From positions 42,246 to 106,245 of the forward strand of contig DAOORA010000004.1 of the NCBI GenBank assembly GCA_035389045.1: a stretch of 64,000 nt of DNA. The letters are read 5' to 3'. This document shows positions 57,598 to 64,000 of the stretch, piece by piece. The notes beneath the pieces were generated by a model. It worked only from the letters and a program-made list of their open reading frames with translations. It was not told where the DNA came from and searched no databases. The translations under genes and the position numbers were made by a program. Position 1 is the first letter of the stretch; every line of letters begins with the position of its first letter. This DNA is from Bacteroidales bacterium. GTDB taxonomy: Bacteria; Bacteroidota; Bacteroidia; Bacteroidales; CAIWKO01.

Positions 57598-58290
57598 ATG
57601 AAAAAAATATTCATAGTTATCATTTCATGCGTTTGTGCTTTTGCTGCCAGAAGCCAGGATATCATTGTGACCAATAGTGGCAAAGAAATAAAAACACAGG
57701 TGGTTGAGACAACTCCAGACCACGTAATATTCCGGATTTTTAATGAAAGCGATAAACAACCAGGCTTTGTAAAACTGAAGATCAAACAGTTCCGCAGGCA
57801 AAATCTGCCGGTTACCGAACAATCCATCTCGATGCCCCGCAGGGAAGTTTTCATGATCAATTACGAAAACGGGAAAAATGATATCTACAAGGAAAAAGTC
57901 GGCGATCAGACCGTAATGAATGTCATGAATTTTATTGATATAAACAACAATGCGGAAGCTTATAAAATGTACCGCAGCGGATACAAGAGGTATTCGTTGA
58001 GCAGGGGGCTGATAGGCGCTGGCGGGGGTTTACTGACCTTCGGCACCATTGCATTGATCGTGAGCAACACCGACGGCAAAAAAGATAAAACAAACATCGG
58101 GGCAAGTTATATATACATGGGCGCTGGTACCATTTTCCTGGCTGCCGGCCTGCCGCTGTATTTCACGGCCAAGAAAAAAATGAACACTGCTTTTGAAATG
58201 TATAAAAACACACTGAAAACCTCACAAAACAATTACAAACTTGATTTGGGATTAACCGGCAACGGCTTGGGATTAAACCTCAAATTCTGA
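57598..58290 (+). CDS. Hypothetical protein with a signal peptide and C-terminal TM segments
   Basis: 230 aa. The N-terminal beta segment IIVTNSGKEIKTQVVETTPDHVIF resembles the N-terminus of the 16480 protein (IIRLKNGNEIKANVREIETDVIKY). Confidence 0.45.
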   Translation: MKKIFIVIISCVCAFAARSQDIIVTNSGKEIKTQVVETTPDHVIFRIFNESDKQPGFVKLKIKQFRRQNLPVTEQSISMPRREVFMINYENGKNDIYKEKVGDQTVMNVMNFIDINNNAEAYKMYRSGYKRYSLSRGLIGAGGGLLTFGTIALIVSNTDGKKDKTNIGASYIYMGAGTIFLAAGLPLYFTAKKKMNTAFEMYKNTLKTSQNNYKLDLGLTGNGLGLNLKF

Positions 58291-58461
58291 TTATTCCGGA
58301 TAAAACGCCCTCTTTCCATAATCTGAAAATATTTCAACTTATAATTAATTATTTTCAATATATTTGCCCATGCACAATATCATAGGGTGAAAATATAGAT
58401 AAATGATAATCAAACATATAGTTATTAACCTTTTGTACCAGACATATAAATAACCTAAACT

Positions 58462-59061
58462 ATGACCATTTTAAATTTATTAGCCAGCGATGCGCCGGTA
58501 TTTACGTGGGTTATACTTCCTATACTCATTTTTTGTGCACGCATATTCGACCAGAGTGTCGGAACGCTGCGAATGATTTTTGTCGCCAAAGGGCTTAAAA
58601 AATGGGCGCCAGTATTTGCATTTTTTGAATCGCTTATCTGGCTGCTCGCCATAGGTGAAATAATGAAACACCTTGACAATCCATTATGTTATTTAGCTTA
58701 TGCCGGGGGATATGCTATGGGGAACTATGTGGGTATGCTGCTGGATGAAAAAATGTCGATAGGCAATGTCATCATAAGGGTAATGCTAAAGAGTGAGGCC
58801 GCCGATCTGATCATACGGCTGAGAGAATTAAATTACGGCATTACCATTATGAATGCCGAAGGTGCTACCGGAAAAGTTAAAGTAATCCTGTCGATCATAA
58901 AACGCAAAGATCTCGAAGAGTTTATTACTGTGCTGAACAATTATAACCCACAGACGTTCTATACCATCGAAGAGGTACGTTCAGTAAATGAAGGTGTTTT
59001 CAGGGCTACGTCAAGAAAGCATATTTTCAGGTTTCACCAGATGATCCGGAAACACAAATAA
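58462..59061 (+). CDS. UPF0316/DUF2179-type membrane protein
   Basis: Three N-terminal TM segments (ILPILIFCARIFDQSVGTLRMIF...) plus a C-terminal soluble DUF2179-like domain. Confidence 0.65.
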   Translation: MTILNLLASDAPVFTWVILPILIFCARIFDQSVGTLRMIFVAKGLKKWAPVFAFFESLIWLLAIGEIMKHLDNPLCYLAYAGGYAMGNYVGMLLDEKMSIGNVIIRVMLKSEAADLIIRLRELNYGITIMNAEGATGKVKVILSIIKRKDLEEFITVLNNYNPQTFYTIEEVRSVNEGVFRATSRKHIFRFHQMIRKHK

Positions 59062-59121
59062 TCAATGTTGGATAGCACGGCTTTTTCCTGCGAGTGTTAA
59101 TTACATCTGGATAATTATCAA

Positions 59122-59811
59122 TCACATCAGGTTCTCATCCGCAAAGCTGAAATAGGTGTTATCGCCAATGATCACATGATCCAGCACACTGATATCCATC
59201 AGCGCCCCGGCATCTTTGAGTTTTTTGGTTAGTTTGATATCTGCCTCGCTGGGCCGGATGTTACCCGAAGGATGATTGTGGCAGAGTATAATCGAGGTGG
59301 CATTATTCTCTAAGGCCGTTTTAAAGATTTTTTTAGGGTCGGCCACGGTTCCGGCAATACCGCCTTCGCTGATGCTGGCTTTTTTGATTATTTTATTGGC
59401 CCTGTTCAGGAGTAAAATCCAAAACTCTTCATACTGGTTATCGGCAAGATTGCTCTGGAGATACTCAAAGACATCACGGCTGCCTGAAATTTTTTCCTTC
59501 TGTGCCACTTCAGACACCCTGCAGCGTTTTCCAAGTTCAAGGGCAGCAATAATACTCAATGCTTTCGCTTCTCCGATACCATAGAGTTTTGTGAGTTCTG
59601 TGAGTGACAGCTTAGACAACTCCAGCAGATTATGCGATACTTCCGATAACAGCCGTTTCGAGAGATCCACCGCTGTTTCCTTTGTGGATCCAGAGCGCAG
59701 CAGGATGGCCAGTAATTCCGCATCGCTCAATGCTGATTTGCCTTTGGCGATCAGCTTTTCGCGCGGACGGTCGTCCTCCGCCCATTGTTTGATATTCCGG
59801 AGTTCAGACAT
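59122..59811 (-). CDS. radC: RadC-family JAMM domain protein
   Basis: N-terminal LSDAELLAILLRSGS (HhH-like) and the C-terminal JAMM motif CHNHPSGNIRPSEAD. Confidence 0.85.
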   Translation of the reverse strand: MSELRNIKQWAEDDRPREKLIAKGKSALSDAELLAILLRSGSTKETAVDLSKRLLSEVSHNLLELSKLSLTELTKLYGIGEAKALSIIAALELGKRCRVSEVAQKEKISGSRDVFEYLQSNLADNQYEEFWILLLNRANKIIKKASISEGGIAGTVADPKKIFKTALENNATSIILCHNHPSGNIRPSEADIKLTKKLKDAGALMDISVLDHVIIGDNTYFSFADENLM

Positions 59812-59889
59812 TTTATTATAAAAGTATTATGAATTATAAAAAAGCCCTTGCTTGTGACAAGGGCCGGATATAAAAAACAGTAAAAATAA

Positions 59890-60144
59890 TTATTTCATAG
59901 TGCTGCAAAATGCTGCCATGCCCGATTTCAGATTGGCTGCTTTATTCTTATGAATGATATTCTTGGTTACCAGTTTATCAATCATTGAAATCATTTTGGG
60001 CATCTCTGCCTGCACTTTTTCTTTTTCTTTCAGGTTTCTGAATTCTTTAAGGGCGTTACGCATGGTGATGGCATAATAGCGGTTATGCAATCTTTTGGTT
60101 TTTGTCTGCCTGATTCTTTTTTCAGATGAAATGTGATTAGCCAT
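59890..60144 (-). CDS. rpsT: 30S ribosomal protein S20
   Basis: 84 aa, basic. Starts MANHISSEKRIRQTKTKRLHNRY. Confidence 0.9.
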   Translation of the reverse strand: MANHISSEKRIRQTKTKRLHNRYYAITMRNALKEFRNLKEKEKVQAEMPKMISMIDKLVTKNIIHKNKAANLKSGMAAFCSTMK

Positions 60145-60166
60145 TTTTTATTATTTATTTTTTTCG

Positions 60167-60240
60167 CAGCCCGTAGGGGACTCGAACCCCTGATTTCCAG
60201 GATGAAAACCTGGCGTCCTAACCGACTAGACGAACGGGCC
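60167..60240 (-). tRNA. tRNA-Glu: tRNA-Glu (anticodon UUC)
   Basis: Manual cloverleaf: acceptor GGCCCGU/ACGGGCU, D arm GUCU-AGUCGGUUA-GGAC, anticodon arm CCAGG-UUUUCAU-CCUGG, T arm AGGGG-UUCGAGU-CCCCU, discriminator G. CCA is not encoded. Confidence 0.9.
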
Positions 60241-60267
60241 TTGTTTTTGTTTCCGTTTTTGAGGGTG

Positions 60268-60275
60268 CAAAGATA
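60268..60275 (-). promoter_or_regulatory. -7 promoter box (TATCTTTG on the minus strand) for tRNA-Glu / rpsT
   Basis: Plus strand reads GTGCAAAGATACGAA, 28 nt upstream of the tRNA 5' end. A possible -33 TTTG lies at 60293..60296. Confidence 0.5.
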
Positions 60276-60326
60276 CGAAGTATTTTTAAATGCAAAAAAT
60301 ATTCTTAAAAATTTTTCCCTTACTGA

Positions 60327-61025
60327 TCAAAGCTGTTCTTCAGGATCTGCCTGAAAACGAAAACCCAAACGCTTCCCTGTTGTTATGCGCATGCTGGATG
60401 AATATTCCTTGATCTGGGCCACCGAGGTTTCTTTCAGCATATCGTAAGGTTGCAGCAATAGATCAAAATCAAGGCAATAATGCACCGCAGTTTCCAGAAT
60501 TTGTCTTAATATCGGGTAATCAATAGGTTCGTCAACAAAAGTATTGCTTAAAAACTGTGTCTGTCTTTTACCTTCCACGACAAAATGAAATTCTTTATTC
60601 ACAAAAATACGGGCCACCAGGTAACCGATATCATTTTCGCGGTTATATCGCAGCGAATCCGCCAGAAAATTATATACATAAATAATCCCGCAGTAGGCCC
60701 GCGCTGGCTCCTCTTTAATATAGGCACTACGCATGATGCTGTGATCACGCGGAAACTCAAAAACATTGGTATGCATGATAAAAATCAGCGAATCGCCGGC
60801 AAAAGTAAGCTCTGCCTCGAACTCGCCAAAGCTCCTGAATTCTACCGGTATTTTAGTGAGTTTGTTTTTCTTAAGCAATTTCTGGGATTCAAGTGAAAAA
60901 TCCCGGGCAACCCCTTTAAGCTCGTTAAACACCTGAAGGGTATTCTGATAGACCGTCTGCTTTAACACAGACTTCGATTTGAACAGTTCCAGAATATCAA
61001 TGATCTTTTCTTTTTTGCGTGGCAT
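60327..61025 (-). CDS. Hypothetical protein
   Basis: 232-aa ORF with no signal peptide. A -7 box lies at 61045..61052. No family recognised. Confidence 0.45.
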   Translation of the reverse strand: MPRKKEKIIDILELFKSKSVLKQTVYQNTLQVFNELKGVARDFSLESQKLLKKNKLTKIPVEFRSFGEFEAELTFAGDSLIFIMHTNVFEFPRDHSIMRSAYIKEEPARAYCGIIYVYNFLADSLRYNRENDIGYLVARIFVNKEFHFVVEGKRQTQFLSNTFVDEPIDYPILRQILETAVHYCLDFDLLLQPYDMLKETSVAQIKEYSSSMRITTGKRLGFRFQADPEEQL

Positions 61026-61044
61026 CTCAGATAAATTATTTTTA

Positions 61045-61052
61045 CAAAATTA
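61045..61052 (-). promoter_or_regulatory. -7 promoter box (TAATTTTG on the minus strand)
   Basis: Plus strand reads CAAAATTA, 20 nt upstream of the start at 61025. Confidence 0.35.
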
Positions 61053-61069
61053 TCATTTTTTTAATAGTA

Positions 61070-62320
61070 TCAAAACCGTGTCAGTTCCCCGAACAGTTTC
61101 ATGGCAAAATGGTCGGTCATACTGGAAATATAATGCAGGATCGACCGTTTGTAATCCGCTTCATTATTGTAATCATATACCAGTTCATTACCGAATTTTG
61201 AGGTTCTACGTTCTTCAATGCAGATATCTGAATATTTTACCAGCCAATATTTGAAAGCCCCGATCAATGAGGGATATATGGCTTCCTGCCTGCTGAGGGC
61301 TGCCATAAGCCTGTCTTTGGGAACATACAAAGATGCCAGGGCGGAATAAATGGAATTTATCACCAGAGAGGCAAGCTTTCCATAGTAATCCAACCTTTTG
61401 TGCTTGTAAATATGTTTATAATTAAAAGCTTTGACTGAATTGATCATGTTCAGATATTTCTCCGAAAATAAAATCCCTTTTTCAGGGGTGCTCATCCTGC
61501 ACAGATTTATAATAAAATCATTCATCAGTATCGTGTTGTTGATCTGCCATACCTTGATTTTTTTGATACTGGTCACTATTTCCGAAAGTTCGGCGATCTG
61601 ATCTTTATCGAGTATCTTCAGCGTGAGGGCATCTTCAATGTCCCGGCCCAGGTACGAAATCTTGTCTGCGATCTTCACCACGCAAGCCTCCCAGGTATAG
61701 GGTGCATACTGGTTAGGCCTTACAATTTCTTCAAGCCTTATGAACTCCTTCCTCGGGAAAATGGCGTTTTCATTCACCTCTCCGCAATGCGAAATAATGC
61801 CATCACGCACCGCATAGGTCAGGTTCAGGTTTTTCTCCTTGTTTTGAAGGTCGGGAAGTGTCTCCAGCTTGTCGACAAAAAAAAGGCTGTTTTTTTCATG
61901 CCAGAACGATTCACCCAGTTCATCCAGAGCAATCTTGCGAAGGATATACTCACCCTCATGGCCAAAAGGGGCATGGCCCAGGTCATGGCCAATCGCGATA
62001 GCCTGGGTCAGTTCGGTATTCAGTCCGAGAAAACTGGCAATCGAATAGCTTACCGAAGCAACGTGAGTAACATGTTCGATACGCGTACATACATGATCGT
62101 TTTGTGTCGCATAAAAAACCTGGGTTTTATGCTTCAGTCTGCGGTAGGCCTTACAATGAAGCAAACGATTGTAATCACGCGAAAAATCACTTCTGATATC
62201 GCCCCGTTTCTGGTACATACGAAGTTCACGGCGGATACAACTGCTCCAGCCCGGATTGCCCGGGTTGATAGCAACATTTCTGAACTTTAATGCTTGCATA
62301 ATCATAATTTGATTGGTCAA
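61070..62320 (-). CDS. dGTPase-like HD-domain triphosphohydrolase
   Basis: Motifs FSRDYNRLLHCKAYRRLKHKTQVF, TRIEHVTHVASV and IGHDLGHAPFGHEGE. Confidence 0.85.
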   Translation of the reverse strand: MTNQIMIMQALKFRNVAINPGNPGWSSCIRRELRMYQKRGDIRSDFSRDYNRLLHCKAYRRLKHKTQVFYATQNDHVCTRIEHVTHVASVSYSIASFLGLNTELTQAIAIGHDLGHAPFGHEGEYILRKIALDELGESFWHEKNSLFFVDKLETLPDLQNKEKNLNLTYAVRDGIISHCGEVNENAIFPRKEFIRLEEIVRPNQYAPYTWEACVVKIADKISYLGRDIEDALTLKILDKDQIAELSEIVTSIKKIKVWQINNTILMNDFIINLCRMSTPEKGILFSEKYLNMINSVKAFNYKHIYKHKRLDYYGKLASLVINSIYSALASLYVPKDRLMAALSRQEAIYPSLIGAFKYWLVKYSDICIEERRTSKFGNELVYDYNNEADYKRSILHYISSMTDHFAMKLFGELTRF

Positions 62321-62388
62321 TAATACATTCTGAATAGAATTGTTCTTAATAAAATAAACCTGATGCCGGCCATTTCCTCATTCATAAA

Positions 62389-63780
62389 TTATGGCTTTAC
62401 TTTAATCCAGTCTTTACCGAAATATTTTGAATAATATTCCGCCATGGTAAAATCTGTTTTTTCATCCAACCCACTAAAAAATAATGTTTTGGGGATGTGC
62501 TTTATTTTTTCAACTTCACAGGTTTTGCAATCATCAGTGTATAAAAAATGATACCGGTTCATCAACTCTTCATCATACTTATGAGCAGTACCGTCAATTA
62601 AATCGGTATATGCCTTGTTCACGTTGTTCTGATATTTAAATACATAAACCATCAATAACAAAGGTACCAACATCTGTGAAAACGGTATGTCCGGAATTCT
62701 GATACGTGATTTTTTTAGCATTACAGCAATACAAATACCTGTATATAATGAACCGGTAATAAAATAAAAATAAATAGTATTGATCATTCTCATCGGCGGA
62801 TACAGTCCGAGACTCCAGTAACAGGTAAAAAATCCGGCAGCTACCGTGCCAAATAGCAATAATAAAACAAGAAAAGGATTCAGATAAATGCTCTCAAACC
62901 GGGTTTCTGTTTTTTCCGAGAGGGAGTCCGTTGTAATTCTATAGGTGGTAAATAGAATAAAAGCGCCTATCCACCACCAGTTACTTAACACATCTATGGC
63001 TTCTTCTATGGCACTCTTGAACGAAAACATAAACTGATGATGATTTGTTTGTGCCATACGATTTGTGTTTCCCGGAGCTAAAAAAACCACTAAAGAACAT
63101 ACTATTGCTACCATTAACAGCACTAAAAAAAATGAATCAACTTTTTTAAAGCGAATATAATTCAACACATTGAGAAACAATAGCAACATCACGATGATCA
63201 GCATAGAAGTTTCGTTGGTTCCTATCAAGGCCATTAAAACAAGGGCTGATAGAATAAAATACTTTTTCTTCGGTTTTGACTTGTATAACACCATCAACCC
63301 GATAAAAAACAGGGTTAAAATATTTCCTGTCTGATACGTATAAGCGCCGGAGACCCAGTAATAAGCCTCCGCAACCGAAGGCATAAGCAATATATAACAA
63401 AAAAAACACAGGAAAACAAGGTATCCTTTTTCGATCATTCCCGATTTATGAAAAAAGGTACTAATTACGAAATAAAATGAAGCAAGGCTAAAAATTATCA
63501 GTATGAAGGACATTAGTTTATAACCTAAAAAAGAGCCTTGCACCAAAGGGTCCAAATGCTGCAAAAAAGCCGCAAAATATCTTCCGTTATATGTTGTATA
63601 AACGTAATGTTGGGCTCCCCATAACCCATATTGCCTCACATTGACTGAATAATTGAAATCATCGGCAGAGGGATGATTGTAAAATGATAACACCAGAAGC
63701 AATATGGACAGCAAGGCCCCAAAAAGGATCATAAAAATGTACCTGACTCTTTTTTCGTTCCGGTAAATAATTTCATTCAT
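62389..63780 (-). CDS. Hypothetical polytopic membrane protein (about 12 TM; possibly glycosyltransferase-like)
   Basis: 463 aa and highly hydrophobic. N-terminal loop HPSADDFNYSVNVRQYGLWGAQHYVYTTYNGRYF. Confidence 0.45.
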   Translation of the reverse strand: MNEIIYRNEKRVRYIFMILFGALLSILLLVLSFYNHPSADDFNYSVNVRQYGLWGAQHYVYTTYNGRYFAAFLQHLDPLVQGSFLGYKLMSFILIIFSLASFYFVISTFFHKSGMIEKGYLVFLCFFCYILLMPSVAEAYYWVSGAYTYQTGNILTLFFIGLMVLYKSKPKKKYFILSALVLMALIGTNETSMLIIVMLLLFLNVLNYIRFKKVDSFFLVLLMVAIVCSLVVFLAPGNTNRMAQTNHHQFMFSFKSAIEEAIDVLSNWWWIGAFILFTTYRITTDSLSEKTETRFESIYLNPFLVLLLLFGTVAAGFFTCYWSLGLYPPMRMINTIYFYFITGSLYTGICIAVMLKKSRIRIPDIPFSQMLVPLLLMVYVFKYQNNVNKAYTDLIDGTAHKYDEELMNRYHFLYTDDCKTCEVEKIKHIPKTLFFSGLDEKTDFTMAEYYSKYFGKDWIKVKP

Positions 63781-63797
63781 AACAGGCGGGAATAAAC

Positions 63798-63805
63798 TAA
63801 ATTTG
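63798..63805 (+). promoter_or_regulatory. -7 promoter box (TAAATTTG)
   Basis: 59 nt upstream of the ATG at 63864. Confidence 0.3.
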
Positions 63806-63863
63806 TATGGATAACAACAAAAGTAATTAATAAAACAGGAACGGGGAACACATTTTATACCTG

Positions 63864-64000
63864 ATGAAAAAAAACAATGATACTATACTGATTGTAAAGG
63901 GTATGGACTGCACCAATTGTGCGCTTGGCCTAAAAAAACAACTTGAAAAAAGCGGCCTGGAGCAGGTAGATGTCAATTTTACCACTTCGGAAGTTCGATT
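63864..64000 (+). CDS. N-terminal heavy-metal-associated (HMA) domain, probably of a P-type ATPase; truncated by the window end
   Basis: Translation MKKNNDTILIVKGMDCTNCALGLKKQLEKSGLEQVDVNFTTSEVR contains the GMxCxxC motif. Confidence 0.6.
   Translation, partial: MKKNNDTILIVKGMDCTNCALGLKKQLEKSGLEQVDVNFTTSEVR

Overview
This 64-kb window looks like an ordinary chromosomal segment of a Bacteroidota genome. Support for that: three proteins with type IX secretion (T9SS) C-terminal sorting domains, many TAnnTTTG -7 promoter boxes 20-30 nt upstream of start codons, and no obvious Shine-Dalgarno sites. I count about 55 protein genes and one tRNA-Glu(UUC). I saw no rRNA, CRISPR array, cas genes, transposase, integrase or phage genes.

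Main content, in order:
- A redox/formate block at the left edge: a NuoF-like flavoprotein, a formate/nitrite (FNT) channel, a MobB-MobA fusion and a porin.
- Housekeeping genes: ABC-F ATPase, rny, zapA, tamB, tsaD, radC, rpsT, a dGTPase-like gene and apbE.
- A TPR-sensor histidine kinase with a sigma-54-type response regulator.
- Several GT-C-like polytopic membrane proteins.
- Three T9SS cargo proteins, including a 2,024-aa adhesin with eleven ~90-aa tandem modules and a poly-glycine N-terminal region.
- A decayed Fic gene.

The most unusual items:
1. An AT-rich pair of radical SAM genes (B12-binding type plus SPASM/twitch-like) with no recognisable substrate gene nearby.
2. A family of 23-nt perfect palindromes (GTGCGAAGTT-ACA-AACTTCGCAC) in tandem clusters at two loci. 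One cluster is tied to a 141-bp duplication of a gene's 3' end.
3. A ~350-bp nested palindrome and other inverted-repeat elements in a 1-kb noncoding gap.
4. A ~200-nt structured, U-tract-terminated element between zapA and rny, possibly a 6S-like RNA or an rny leader.
5. An (ATCT)6 microsatellite and a 23-bp tandem repeat in promoter regions.

All functional calls rest on motif recognition by eye. No database search was run.
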